A stretch of DNA of 64,000 bases. Source: Coniocarpon cinnabarinum. Its lineage: Eukaryota. Positions 24,756-38,187 of the stretch are shown here, piece by piece (the stretch's first letter is position 1; the number at the start of each line of letters is the position of its first letter). A program made the translations under genes and the position numbers. The stretch is from positions 1-64,000 of the forward strand of contig JAVECO010000097.1 in assembly GCA_051942205.1 (NCBI GenBank). Direction: 5' to 3'. Below the pieces are notes generated by a model that worked only from the letters and a program-made list of their open reading frames with translations, had not been told where the DNA came from and did no database searches.

Positions 24756-25833
24756 TCACTGGATCCACATCCCGCCATCGATACCTACAACCTTGTTCGT
24801 CACGTATCCACACTTGATCAACCACGCCACTGTTTCGGCGACTTCTTCGGATTTGCCGAGTCGTCCTATTGGTACCTTGCTGGCGAGTGCTGTGTGATTC
24901 TCGTGCTGAGAAATCATTTTCGTGTCCTGTCTTCGTTGTTAGTCGTGCTTCTCATGCTGTATTCTGTTGGATCCGTCATAGGATTGTCCTCGTCTATCAA
25001 ATGGGAGCCTTCGGCTTTTTCACGGGCCACAGCTATTTATGCAGCGCTCAGTGCTTTCTATTCTATTCGATTCTCTCACGCACATGACCAACTTACACAA
25101 AAAGTACATCAAAGAGAAAGGGAAGATGCAAAAGAGACTGCAGCACAAGAGCAAAGAAAGCATAGATCAGCTCACCTCAATCAACGCAGGCGCCACACCA
25201 TTCACCGTAATACCCCTCTGACAATACCGTCCACTCAACCAATGGATAAACCCATGCAGCGCACTCTTACTACTCGCATAATGGGGACCGACCACACCCC
25301 CCGTAAAAGCAGCGACACTGCTACAAAAAACAACACGTCCCCAACCCTTCTCAACCATCGACGGTACACAAAGCTGCGTCAGCAGAAACGCACTCCCGCA
25401 GTTAGCACGCCACGTTGCTTCAAGCTCCTCGACGGACACGTCCGTCACATCCGTAACCCCCGCTTTGGAGAGGGTAGTGCCCGCGTTGTTGAAGAGAATG
25501 GCTAGCGCGCCTTGGGACTGGGTGACTTGAGCATGGAGATTACGCGTTGAGGCGTAAGATGAGAGGTCAGCTTGGTAGGTTTGAATTTGCAGGTGAGGAT
25601 GTGATGAGCGCAGGGATCGAGAAAGGGACTCCGCGGTTTCAGCAGCGGTGTGGTAGTGGAGGGCGAGATTAATGTTGAGATTCGCAAGGGCGTGGGCGGT
25701 AGCGATGCCAATGCCGCCTTGCTTTGTTAGCTAGGGACGTTATGTCTGGTTTTTGCATTTTAGAGAAAGGGGAAGTGATACCTGTGGCGCCTGTGATGAG
25801 CGCGAGTTTACCGTGGAGGTGGGACGTATCCAT
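24756..25833 (-). CDS. Short-chain dehydrogenase/reductase (FabG-like)
   Basis: LALITGATG|GIG, FNNAG, YASSK catalytic motif, VNGVAPALIE, and PIGRLGKSEEVA...IDGG. Two introns, the second about 250 nt. Confidence 0.92.
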
Positions 25834-26445
25834 CGTAAGCTAGTGCTATGTGCTATAGATGGATTTATAGATCGAAAGGGAGTCTTGGCGTGGCAAATAA
25901 TGATATGGTAAATAAAAGGAATGTAAAGTGATGAAGTTCTGACATTGCTGATCGTTATGACTAGTGATGTCATGCATGAACATACTCGGGCAAACACTGT
26001 GCGAATGGTCTAGAGCAATGGATTTGCGTTAGTTGGAGGGGTTTTGCTAGAAGGGTGTTTCGAAATTGGAGATGTGATGCTTAGGCTTGCCAAAGATATG
26101 CGACCTAAGGTTCACCAGTCAAGAGCTAGCACGCATGTGTTAACCCATACGCGATGGCTTTGGCGAATCGTGTCTGTCCCTCTGTTTGAGACAATGTCAT
26201 GGTCCAAAATGGCTAGGAGACTGATACAACCTTGCCAGAACAATGATAAATATTGTAGAGACGGTCACGTGAGCATTGCAGACATTTTGCCTGGGCACTG
26301 CGATGCTGCTGGTATGCCAGACTTGTTTGCTGAGGGCAGTTGGTTTGTAGTCAAAGTAGGTGCATACTTTGCTTGATAACCTGGACATATGAAACGTATA
26401 TGGAAATCTTTATGTCACAAGAAAGTAGATAGCTTTACCGTTTTC

Positions 26446-27405
26446 TTACCTCCAACCCAACTTCTCAATGTCCAGGATCTCCCAACGCTCTTCTAGTGCT
26501 CTGTCATCGTCGCCCTTGACGGCCAATCCAATTAGGAAATGTTTGCCCCACGCTCTCAGTTCCATTCTGGTTTGCCGCTCTTTCACACCCTTCCTCCACA
26601 CTTCAATCCCATCGACCTTCTCGCCCCACTCACGCTCCTTGCCTCCTTCTTCAGGCACCCTGACATTTCGAAACTCCACCTCTTTCAACCATCCTGCGAG
26701 CAATGCCTCGCCCTCCAGTTTGACGTACGCCTCTTTCAGACACCAGTATGCATAGAATTTCCGCCTATACTTGTCGATCCCGTCATTGCCGTCCCACTCC
26801 GGTAACTCACACCCGAATTCATCGACCTCGGGCTGTTTCATAGCAGCCAGATCTTGAGGCGAGAAAACATCACCATGCATATCCACCCAATCAGCCAGGC
26901 CGGACCTTGAGATGAAGTTGTGATCTTGTTTCGTTCGCTCGCCTGTATTGGTGATATCGACACCAAGTGTGATAGAAGGATCGACATTTTGAGAATGTGG
27001 TGATTGTGTAATAGCAGGGTTAGAGCGAGCATATCCCGTTAACGCAACAAGGCCTGCTTGGTGGGAGACGTTGAAATCGACCTCCATGTCTTCCGCCTGT
27101 CCGCGAGGATCGTAAGACGGCTTGCCATGCTTCGGATCACCTCTTCTGCTCAACTGCACGTCAGGAAATGAAGTGGAAGGAAAGCAAGTGGTAATGAAAT
27201 GGCGCTTAAGGAGGGAAGATGCCAACGACATCTTAGCATCGCTGTGGAAGTGGAAGCGAAGAGCCTTCTCGCGCTCATCCTGAGGGACACGCGACAGAGC
27301 AACAGATGCAGAGTCGCCGAGCGCGTTCGACGGGCGAGAAGAAGTACGAGGCGCAAGCGGGTTCCACACGAGGCGGGTATCAACCAACCAGTAGTACTGG
27401 TGCAT
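26446..27405 (-). CDS. npgA: Sfp-type 4'-phosphopantetheinyl transferase (NpgA/CfwA/Lys5-like)
   Basis: DAKMSLASSLLK, HGKP, FNVSHQAG, LGVDI and FYAYWCLKEAYVKLEGEAL motifs. Confidence 0.93.
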   Translation of the reverse strand: MHQYYWLVDTRLVWNPLAPRTSSRPSNALGDSASVALSRVPQDEREKALRFHFHSDAKMSLASSLLKRHFITTCFPSTSFPDVQLSRRGDPKHGKPSYDPRGQAEDMEVDFNVSHQAGLVALTGYARSNPAITQSPHSQNVDPSITLGVDITNTGERTKQDHNFISRSGLADWVDMHGDVFSPQDLAAMKQPEVDEFGCELPEWDGNDGIDKYRRKFYAYWCLKEAYVKLEGEALLAGWLKEVEFRNVRVPEEGGKEREWGEKVDGIEVWRKGVKERQTRMELRAWGKHFLIGLAVKGDDDRALEERWEILDIEKLGWR

Positions 27406-27749
27406 GTTGGGTGAAGAGGATGTGCTCGATGGGCGGCGAATGCTACTCGCGGGATTGCAAGGTAAGCATTGAGATGAAACAAGTTTGAAAGCCCATTGAG
27501 CTGAGAGTGCGATTCTGCATGAAAGCCGATGCAGCATAGACTCGGGGCTTTAGGAGCTGAATGAGAGCTGCAAGCTATCGAGGTTGACATGTGAGGCGGA
27601 GATCCGGATTTACGATTATCAGATGTCTTGGCTCGGCGAAGTGAGCATCGGAATCCGTGACACCGAGTCAAGACGAATCATGGAAGACTATAACTACCAA
27701 AGCAAGTGGACGACGAGGAAAAATATCAACATTTCCTCATGATGATGAG

Positions 27750-28636
27750 ATGTCATATACGCAACGTCGCCTTCATGTCGGCGTCCTCGCCCTTCAAGGT
27801 GCCTTTAGCGAGCACATGCAGCTTCTGCGCTTGGCATTCGGAGCCCTGAAGAATGCAGGGAACAAGACAACATGGTCCTGTGAAGAAGTGAGAACACAGG
27901 GGCAATTGGCACGATGTGACGCCCTGATCATTCCCGGGGGTGAAAGCACCACAATGGCATTGGTAGCGCAACGCTCAAACCTTCTCGAGTCGCTGAGAGA
28001 ATTTGTCAAGTAGGTTCAGTCGGAATCTTCCCGAATTCGGTTATCACTAATGTCGCTCTGACCAGGATTGATCGCAAGCCGACATGGGGGACATGTGCTG
28101 GCTTGATCCTTCTTGCAGAGGCAGCTAATCACACCAAAAAAGGTGGCCAAGAGCTGATCGGAGGACTAGACGTGCGCGTCAATCGAAATCATTTCGGCCG
28201 ACAGGTCGAAAGTTTCGAGACTGATTTGGAACTATCTTTCCTGAACGACCTACCCGCGGGCATGGGGCAGACCGCTCGATTCCATGGTATCTTCATTCGC
28301 GCACCCGTCGTGGAGAAGGTCATGAAGACGACCAAAGGTATTCAGGAAGCAGAATCGAAGGAAGTAGACACTGTGGTGGCTCCCTCGCTAGACCCGAGGG
28401 GTGGAAGGGCTGCGCAGAACGTGGGCGTCGAAGTTGATGTCGTGGGTGTCTTGCCAGGACGAGCTGATGCACTAAAACGGCAGGCTTTCGTGCCTCAGTC
28501 CTGCGAGGGAGACATCATTGCGGTGAGACAGGGCAACTGCTTTGGAACCAGTTTCCATCCAGAATTGACAAATGATGAGAGGATTCACATATGGTGGCTA
28601 CTGCAGGTAGAAGCTTCGTATGGCGAGTCCGGTTGA
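27750..28636 (+). CDS. PDX2: Pyridoxal 5'-phosphate synthase glutaminase subunit
   Basis: GVLALQGAF, IIPGGEST, WGTCAG (after intron 28010-28065), RNHFGRQ, FIRAP and SFHPEL. Confidence 0.96.
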
Positions 28637-28762
28637 TCGACTGAAGATAGGATTACCGCGCTTCGGAACAGCTACTTCTTGCACACAGAGCCGCGATTTG
28701 AAGACGGGTGTCAACATTTTGATACCTTTCAGTTCATTGAGCTTTGTACTGTAACCACTTCG

Positions 28763-29328
28763 TTAAGGATCCTCGCCAAATTCTTCAGCGTAAGCGGCGC
28801 CGTAGCCCCCTCTGCCAGCATCATACTCCGAACGATATTCGTCTCTTACTTGACCACCCGACCTACCACGCCCGTACTGTCTCCCTTCGCTGAAACCCTC
28901 GTCGAGATCTGTTCGGATGATGCGCTCATCAAGTTTGGTGCCTCCAACGTATTTCAGGCATTCAAGGGCATCTTGGTGAACATAGTATTCGACGAAGCAG
29001 AACCCGCACGGTGTCTTCTTGAAGCGGTCAAGGCCCATGACAAGCCGCTTGACTTCGCCGCATTTAGAGAAGAGTTCGTGGATTTGTTCTTCGGTGGTGT
29101 AGAAAGAGAGATTGCCTACGTATAGGGTGGTAGCGTTGCGCAGACGATCAAGAGGATCAGGTTCAGGCGAGCGATCACGGTCGTCACTGCTGTCGTTGAA
29201 GCGTCGACGCTTATTCTGAGAGTATTTGATTAGCGTATAAAGGGCGCAGCGTTCCCGGTAAAAGCTACCTTGTTGCCGTATGCGCTTGCCTTGTCCAAAC
29301 GGTCAATGGTGTTCTGCTGTGGGGGCAT
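28763..29328 (-). CDS. CBC2: Nuclear cap-binding complex small subunit (CBP20)
   Basis: [44 protein letters not shown] and [18 protein letters not shown]. One intron at ~29216-29268. Confidence 0.96.
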
Positions 29329-29676
29329 GATTAGTTGTACCGTGGTCACAACCACGGAGCGCTACGTTGCAATAAGCCCAAAGCTGCGATTCTGAACAAT
29401 GGGAAGCGAGCGGCGCGCCAGCATAAGACCGTGTAGCACACGACGTGGTGAAAGGAGAAGAGGATCCAAATCTGGAGAAGCACGTGGGAGCTCCGACGGG
29501 ATACGGACTTCACCTGCGCTAGTTCACGCGTCTAGCTGCCCAGATAGATTTCCAGCAATTCTAGCAAACACCATGACATCCTTGCCGCCAAACAACCGTA
29601 AATGAATAGAATGACTCACTAGCTCTAAAATTTGAGACTGCTTAGTTTCGTGTCAGAGGTCTTGTCTGCAGAGGGC

Positions 29677-32294
29677 ATGAGCCCAACAGTACTTCGACAC
29701 ACGCCGCGCTGGCTCGAGAGACCCTCACCAGGCTTCAAGCTGTTCAACGATGCTGCGCACGACAAGCTTTCCAGTGGCGCGGCACCCCATGGCAAGCTAC
29801 GCGCGCATCGTCCGATAGCGCACAAGGACACGGAGATCTTCGTGGCGGTCGGTAACCAACTGCGCTGGTCTGACTTGGTGCTTTTGAAGGAACAAGACTA
29901 TCACGCACGCGAGGGAGGGCTTCCAGAAGACAAAGCTGCCGATGATTCGACCACTTCCAACTCAGAAGTCTACAGAGTGCGTTCAGCGACATATATTGTG
30001 TGAGCCAGCTGACTAATTTGCAGGTCCTAAAAGTTCCTATACACCGCGAAATTCGACAGCTTGTTATATCGCCCAATGGAGACTACCTGGCCATTCTTAC
30101 ATCACACACTGTACATATTGCACAGCTTCCACACTGCTCACAGCTAGACACAGGTGACAATACCCCCTTGAAAGTGAAAAGCTGGCAGGTTGGGCCTACA
30201 GCACATGTGGTGGAGAGAGCACCAGTGACCACCGCTTTATGGCACCCGCTTGCCGACGGCCAGTGCCTTGTCACAGTTACAGAAGATGCAGTCGTGAGGC
30301 TGTGGGAACTCAACCCGCACAATCGCTGGTCCTTCGACAACCCTGGTCTCGCTCTGGACCTTCGCAAGCTGTCAGACCCGGAGGCCACATCTCAAGACTT
30401 CTCGCCCACGAAATACGGCACGAGCAGCGGCTTCTCGCCTGACGATGTGGACATGGAAGCTGCTGCTGCCTGTTTTGGGGGTTGTGGAGCTATGGACGAG
30501 GGGGGTTGGGCACCTCTGACGCTATGGGTTGCAATGACAAATGGAGACATCTATGCACTCTGTCCATTTCTACCTTCACAGTTCTTCCTGACACGAGATC
30601 AAGTGTCTAGTCTGGCTGCAACTGTTGATTGTGCAGCGGAGCTGGACGATCTGCAATCTTCAAGTAACTCCCAAACCCTCGAAAGACAGCAAGAATGGGT
30701 GGCTGATGTCATGAACCAACAACGGCAGCAGGATGTGAATGAGGAAGATGCAATTTCATGTTCATTCATCAGACCTGAGCGACCAGCTGCCGTTCCAGCT
30801 CTGCAGGGACCATACCACCTGGAGCCCGATTCTGATGGCGTATTTGATGTTACTGACATCTGCGCTGTTGCTAAGACCCTTGCAACCAGCAACGATTCTG
30901 CTAGGGATGTGCTCCGAGAAGACGGTCACAACCCATCCTCGCCACCAGCACCTATCATCTGTGTTGTGACCAGCGAAGGAACAATCCATGTTCTCATGGA
31001 TACTGACGAGACACAAGCACTGTGGATTTCAGACACCGCCAACTCTTCCGAGGATGGCGTCTCTGAAGACTCGTCCCCAGCGCTTCTGCTCATTCAGTCG
31101 ATGAAGGTGTGCGACTCACAGGTACTATCTTGGCCCCTCTTCTCTCCGTGTGCGGATTCGCGGCAGACCTTTTTCCTCTCTCATGTCCACGGCGTCTCAC
31201 ATGTTGCCCCATGTGAATTATTAGAGAACTTGACGAGCGAGATCGAGGAGCAAACCTCTGACGGGAGCAACATGCGCCTCCAATTGCTTGCTCAGAGCAG
31301 CGACAGCGAAACGCAACCAATCATCCACTACTCGCAATCATCAAATAATCCACACCAAGAATCCTCAGCCTGTGTCCATGTACAAGACTCAGACCTTAGA
31401 GATTTTGTCCTTGTCCAACGGAATCATCAGCCTTATGCAGCCACTTTAAGCTTCTCTAATTCACACTTGCTTATATCAAACGAGGAAGGAGATGAATATG
31501 CTTCAGGCAAAGATGACGATACGCCGCATGCTGAGGAAACTCGAGCAAGCTTCACAGTTCCACCCGAGCTCTTTGCAGAGACAACGCTTCCTATGTTCGC
31601 CGAAGACCAGAGAAACGGCCCAGCCAGGCAACTTGTCGAGAAGGAGCTGCGTCTCGCGCCTGCCACGGTTTCGTTGATGATGGAAGCGCATCGATTACTG
31701 GGGACTGAAACCGGCAAGGTACAAGACGCAGTGTCCAACCTCTTTCAACGCTGTGAGAGGATGCAAGACGAGCTCAAAGCGCAGCTCGAGCGGGTCGGCG
31801 AAATCTCCGGCAAAGTTGAATCTGTCATCGATGACAACGCCGATGCGTCGGTGGCCGGAGATGACGAAGGCGCGATTGATGCAGGTGTCTCAAGACGTTT
31901 ACAGGATGTAGGCGTACAGCGCGACCGTCTTCAACAGCGATTCAAAGATCTCATGGAAAAGGCAAAGAGCCTGGACTGCCGACCGCTGAATGACAAAGAA
32001 CGTCAGTGGACTCGAGAAGTGAGCAACATGCAGCAGATCGTAGATGGCATGGAATCAACGGCAGCAGAAGAGCACAGCGAGCCACAGACCCGCTACGAGG
32101 AGATCAAGAGCGTTAAAGAAGATCTCGTGCAACGATGCCAACAGTTGGGCAGCTTGGAAGAGAGCCACGAGGTGGACGCATCACCCAGGAAGCAAGGGCA
32201 GCGCATGGGCCACGTCAACGCGATGTTGGAAAGGGAGACGGCCTTGGTGGACGCCACAAGCGCGAAGCTGGAGCAGTTGAAGGGGTTCGCGTGA
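29677..32294 (+). CDS. NUP82: Nucleoporin Nup82/Nup88 family
   Basis: IRQLVISPNGDYLAI, WHPL, VRLWE and GDIYALCPFLP beta-propeller motifs plus a C-terminal coiled coil. Intron 29977-30023. Confidence 0.88.
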
Positions 32295-35200
32295 GGGCTG
32301 CATGCTTCGGAAGCTTTGCCACACGGTTTGGTTTTTTTTGAATACAGCCTGACGAGTGAAAACAACGTTATGAGTGGAGGCGGCCGGCGCGTGGCGGAAT
32401 GGCCACAGGCTGAGGTAGGACAGAGATCTGTGTCCAGAACGGTGGGCCAGCGCATGCAGCCAGGCCACTCGATCTGGCAGGCTCCCCAGCGGCTGCGGGA
32501 GCGCATTGCTGCCCTGGACTGGCACGACAGACGGGGTGTGAGGGCCTGCAGCAAGGAGGAGGAGGAGGAGGACGACGACGACGACGACAGCGGGGTTGAT
32601 GTCATGGAGAAGGTGAGGGTGAGGGTGAGGGTGATACGGCGTGTGGTACGACAGTGACAGCTGCAAGTTGATAATTCTCCGGCGCGCGTAACGACGGCGC
32701 TTCGCAATGTAGTAAACGCAATGACCATATCACGACAGAGCACCATTGGCCCTGCAGCACGTCTCCACCTGGTAGGTAACTCGACGTGCATTGCGCGGCC
32801 TCTGTGCGCACTCACGGTCAGCCCTCGCAGCTGCGGCGCACACACAGCCGTGCAGCTTGTCGTCTTGGTTTCCTCGGTACCAGATTTCCTGGTGATGGGA
32901 GGAGAGAACGACAACGGGACAGGATTCAGCCTAGGCAAGTACCATTTTCCTGGCCAGCTGCATACATCCGCAGCATTATTTGCCATTGAGGCCGCCGTTG
33001 TCAATAATTCGCAACACTTTTTGGGGAAATTATCAATATCTGGTGGTCTAAGCCTGGTGCAGATCATCTACTGGTTTTTTCTTAACGCTCTTTTTTTTTT
33101 CTCGGCTGACAGGTCGCTTGTGCTTGCCGGCTGCGCCCGAAAAAGCTACGACGCGCGCTCTTTGCTGCGCACGCGTGTGCGGATGTGTGTATGCGTAAGC
33201 GTGCGCTCGCTGTGGACGATGAACCCGATGATAAGCTCACTCGAAGACACAGCCGCGGCGAATCACGCACTCCGCCGAGGAAGGACGCAGACAGTTGCGG
33301 GGTGGCGATGGCAGCGGCAGCTGGGTGCGACGACGAGCGACGTTGGCAGCAGACAGGCAAGCGATTGCGAGAGAGAGAAGCAGCAACAGCAGCAGCGTCC
33401 TGCTCGTCTGTCTCACACCGACGGCGTCGCGAGGCGGCGCGGCGTCAATAACGACGGAGAAATGTATTGCGCTTGTGTGCGATCAATTTTCCATTTGGCC
33501 GAAAGCGGCGCTGGGCCCGCCTGAAAGCGTAAGGGATCAAGGCATTGCCACGCAGGGCGAGCCGTTCCCAGCGAAGGCACGTCCCCTCCCTCGCCCGAAA
33601 AGAGCGATGGTGCACCGAGGAAGCAAGAGAGAGAGGCGCGTGCTGTTTCCGGGCCAGCAGCGTTGCCACTCAGTCAGTAGTGCGGCGCCAGTGAGGGCGA
33701 GAGTGACTTTGATCGACCGCCAGCACGGCCGTGTTGTCATTGACTCAGGCGCTCAACGCCCTGCTCCCCTGTCCGAACTTCCGAAGATCGTCACGGCCCA
33801 GCTGACACGCGCGTCTTTTTGGCCAAAATTGTTTCACGACGCGGGTTCTGATTCGGGGTCTTTGGGCAGCTAAGCGACCTACTGCTGTCTGTCATGCACG
33901 GTGGTGCTTAAGCTTACAGTGGTCATGCACTCGGACCACCAGAATGACGGGTGACGGGTACATTTTCTCTTCCACCGTCACGCGTCACGCACGACCACCC
34001 AGTGAGAGGGGGCTATTCAACAATCTGGCTGCTCGCTGCTCGCTGCTCGTTGCTGCTGCTGCTGCTGCTGCTTCTGCTCAACGCCTGGGCTCGCCGGGGC
34101 ATGAATGGTGGATATGATTGTAATTAAGGGGTGCAGAGTAAAGGAACATGCGTCGTTTGTGTGAGGGCGTGATACCGTTGAGGGTGAGAGCATGGCGAGC
34201 GAGGGATGGCGCCGAATCCAACGAATAGGACGTGCATGGCAGCGCGACAGGGGAAAAATGCTGGCATCTCCCCACGACCAGGGTTGATGATGCGAATGAT
34301 GCAGGTGACAACTCCCACTTCATGTCATCTTTTGTTCCAGGAAAGACGCCCATCCCTACATCCACCGTCTTGGCCTGCTACACGGCACCCTCTGCCCGAA
34401 CAATGTGTCCGCTGGGCTGTCGAGCACGGGCTGCCGTCCGAGACAGCGGGTCGCAGGGCGTCGACGTCGACGAGGCGGCCAGCGAGGAGGCGTGCGTGGG
34501 TGTCAGTGAAGGCAGCGATCGGAGTCCAGTTGAGGCATGAGGCCCCGAGGTGATGTCGTGTGGTCGGTGTCAGGGTCTCAAGGTTTGGCAGGTCGAGCCA
34601 CCAACAAGAACGAGTCGTGCGCTCGCGCAGACAGTTCCTGATCGACGGCGGACAATACACAAGACCCAGACGCTGGGGCTCGCCCATCACGCGCTGCGCG
34701 TCTCATGCGTTATGGTTATGGCGCTCCCTCGTCGCCGTGCCCGGCGTGTGGAGAAGCACCGCTCGACCTCTTTCCCCCCTTGGGCGCTAGCTCACCCTGC
34801 CCTCTTGCCTCTTCCCAAAGCGGTCGTCCACGCCCGCTGTCACTGCGAAAGCTTGTCTGCACGCCAACAGCTCTGTTATGCTGATCTCGATAACGTCCTA
34901 TCCGCTATTGGCATCCTGGCCTATTCCGTCCCCTCGCCCCTGTGGGGTCGCCCCTTCCTGCTCGACGCTCGACGACGTCTCGCACGCCTCGGCAGATGCG
35001 CGAGGTAGTTGGGGGGCGTCACTGGCACGGCGCACACTCGCTCGTTCGCTCGCTCCCTCAACTCATTTACTCAACTCGTCGCCAGGTACATACGAACCCC
35101 GTCGTCCACGCCCCGTCGCTGCATCGTATTCGGCGACCACACGGTTGGACTCGTACCGGGTCGGCCAGGAGACAGGTATCCTCGACCGGGCGTGCTGGCC

Positions 35201-36164
35201 TGCTTGCTGTCATATTGACGTCAAAGCCGAGGCTGGCTGACCATGTGTGTCTGCTCGTCTTATACGCGGTCACATTAAACTTGGCGGATCGGCAGCAGCC
35301 CGTTGGCTGATGTGCGCACTTTATCTTGGCTGGTACGCGCATCGATTGAGGCGAAGCTGAAGTAAGCTTCTCGAGTAATGCGCCTGTGACAGTCGCTTGT
35401 TCCCTTCCCCTTCCCTTTTTTCTCCTCTGCGACCCCCCCTGTCAGTTCATCGTTACAGGTACCCTAGTGCAGATCCTTCTTCCAGCCAAACCCATCCATC
35501 ATCACGTCTGGTGGTTCTTGCAGCTGCAGGCCCCCCCCCCTTTGCATCATAGCCCTCGTTCATTTTTTTCTTTTGGCTTCTGACTCTAACGCGGCCACGG
35601 ACCCACTCACCGGCCTCTCATCCCTAGATTATGTGCAGCTAGATGCAGAACGCTCCTGCACCGTCGCTGCGGTTCTCCACAAAACCATTTCTGTCATTTC
35701 CATCTGGGTCCGGGGCTAAGATCGCTTCATAACGCTACTGGGCGACCACGCGGATCACTGCAGCTGCGTTCATATGCTCGACTGTGCTTTACCCCTCCGT
35801 CTTGCTCTTTTCATCCACCCAAAGCCTGCCACAGCGTGTGAAATTCTGCACCAGATACCATTATATCGTCTCTCCGATTCGAAGGATCAGCAACACAGCC
35901 TGTGTCTCTGCTGCAGCGCCGTAAGTGGCTCGCATATTGGCATCATGCAGCGTGGCGAATGACATTTCAACCTTGGCGCGGCCGCTGTGTTCGACACGTC
36001 TTGATCAGCATCGGGTAGCAATCGTACCGACCTCTGCCCAACATTTCCCTTCACAGCTTTCGGAAGCTTCCTCGGGTGCAATTCGTCCCTATACTGCCGT
36101 CTGTCGCCAGTGCAATCCGGCTGGTATGGTGGTTTGGACCTTGGCACAGAAGGAAGGGTAGCTG

Positions 36165-36188
36165 CCTACCTACCTACCTACCTACCTA
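36165..36188. repeat. (CCTA)6 microsatellite
   Basis: Six perfect CCTA units about 210 nt upstream of the homeobox ATG. Confidence 0.9.
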
Positions 36189-36400
36189 CATTTGTCAATC
36201 TAAGCCTCTCGCCAATTTCGGGTAGACGAGCATCCTACTTCGAATTCCAATGATCGGCTTCTACAGTATTGGGCCAGTATTTTAAAATAGCTCAGCCGCA
36301 TCTTCAAGATATTGGCTTTTTCCTAGATCGCTTGTGGTCCTGGTCTGGATGAGTCGGAATGTCTTTTCCATTAACTCCTCCTTCTCCCCCGTCTGAAAGC

Positions 36401-37740
36401 ATGAGCCTGGAGCCGGGGCAGAAGCTGCCATCACTCAGCAAGGTATCTATTTGCGCCTGCCAGCACCCTTCATCAGACGAACGGATACTGACGAAATTGT
36501 CAATTTAGCAATTTCCAGAAGTATTCTCAGAGAAGCCACACAGTCCTCCGACTACCCCTCAATCGGCTTCACCATCGAAGCGAGCGTTGCCGCCGCGCAA
36601 ACGACGTCGTTCTGATCGTGAGGAGCCGGACGAAGTTGCGCCAATGGCGAAGCGCATTGCAACCCACCAATCAATTATCATGCAAAGAGATCCAGCGCCT
36701 GAGCAAGATTCAGTGCAGATGCCATCCTTGACGCCCACTGCTCAGCCTCCCTCGCAGAAAGAATCGGTTCAACTACCACCGCTGCGAAGTTACCTGGGTG
36801 GTCTAGTTCATCAAACTCAGGATGCAAGTCCGAGCTTTCGACCTGTTCCCGCTGCACCGGCACAAGAACTTGCCCATGTACCCCGGCTTATTCCACGTGG
36901 GGCACCGCACGAAACATTGATACCCTCTTATCCGGAGCGATCGTATCATGGTGATCGGCGTCAAAATGAGCATAGGGAAATCCTTGCTTATCCCGAGACT
37001 GAGCTCACACCGCATGCACTACACGCGCGCATACCATCTCCGCGATCTCACAGGGAAAGTGATGATTGGGTCGCGTCGCCAACGCGAGTTGGCAGAGGCT
37101 TCCCCGGCGCTCCAGGCTCCGCAACGTATTCGCACATTCCGTTGCAGCACGACCTTCACAGCAGATCGTACTCCGGAGCGTCATCGTCTGCGACTGAGCA
37201 CTATCCGCCTATTGCGTTGTCGGTGGAGGCTCGAGGTTATCCTGTCGAGCGGACGTTTGGCGAAAATCAAGTCAGTCCGTCAGATCCTGCCGCAAAATAC
37301 TTCTGGGAAGGGCATGCGGCCGAATCTGCGGCGAACAGTGCTTCGAATACGGGATTGGCAAACCCTAATGGTCGAAAGAGGCGCGGCAACTTACCCAAAG
37401 AAAGCACGCACGTTTTGAACGAATGGTGAGTTGATCACGAGTGATGACAGATTGGTGTTTTCCTGACATTCTCCATAGGTTCGTGAAGCACGCAAACTTC
37501 CCTTACCCCAAAGAATCGGAAAAACAACAACTGCAACAAGCGACGGGACTTTCCTTGAGTCAAATTAGTAATTGGTTCATCAATGCCAGAAGACGGCGGA
37601 GGCCAGAGGCGACGGGACACCTTTCAGCAGCACATGCCACTGGTTCGAGAGAGGGGCCACCGATGGCCAGAGGCCCGCCGCCGCCGCCTCTCGCTCGGCA
37701 GCCCTTTCCACAGCAGGACCAGTGGCGTCGTTTACCTTAG
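36401..37740 (+). CDS. TALE-class (KN) homeodomain transcription factor, Cup9/Tos8-like
   Basis: [33 protein letters not shown]...[12 protein letters not shown] with the PYP TALE loop. Introns 36443-36508 and 37426-37478 keep the frame. Confidence 0.92.
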
Positions 37741-38187
37741 GAGGGAGATGGTCTCATCCTTATTCACGAGCTGGTCTCGATCTGATGTATATTGCTTAAT
37801 CTTTAATACTCGACGCAAACGAGCACGGCATGCTCTTAGCATTTCTGAAACCATCAAGAGATACTATCATATAATTGTTAAACAAAGGGCGAAGGGCCGG
37901 ATCACATCAGTTTTGACCAATAGCAAAAGCAGCATTGTCTTAAGCCTTTCGCTCTGAATAACACATAAATGTTAAGAACAGTATTGTACGATGTCAAATC
38001 ACACTGGAATTATTACCTACTTTGCTGTCCCAAAACATGTCCAAATCACGTGACTGCGCTCAACATCAATGGCAGTGTCCCAAGATTCGCGCACACCATT
38101 TTCAGTGTTAAGGTAGCAGCATGTGACATTAATCATTCCAGCCACACCAATGACCCAACCTAACCACCAACTCCTCTAAAAATTACA

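Noticed and set aside
24672..25505. 277-aa plus-strand ORF
   Set aside because: Antisense to the SDR gene, with a non-ATG start and no motifs.
32093..33873. Several 110-324 aa ORFs downstream of NUP82
   Set aside because: GC-rich low-complexity frames overlapping each other on both strands, with no domain signal.
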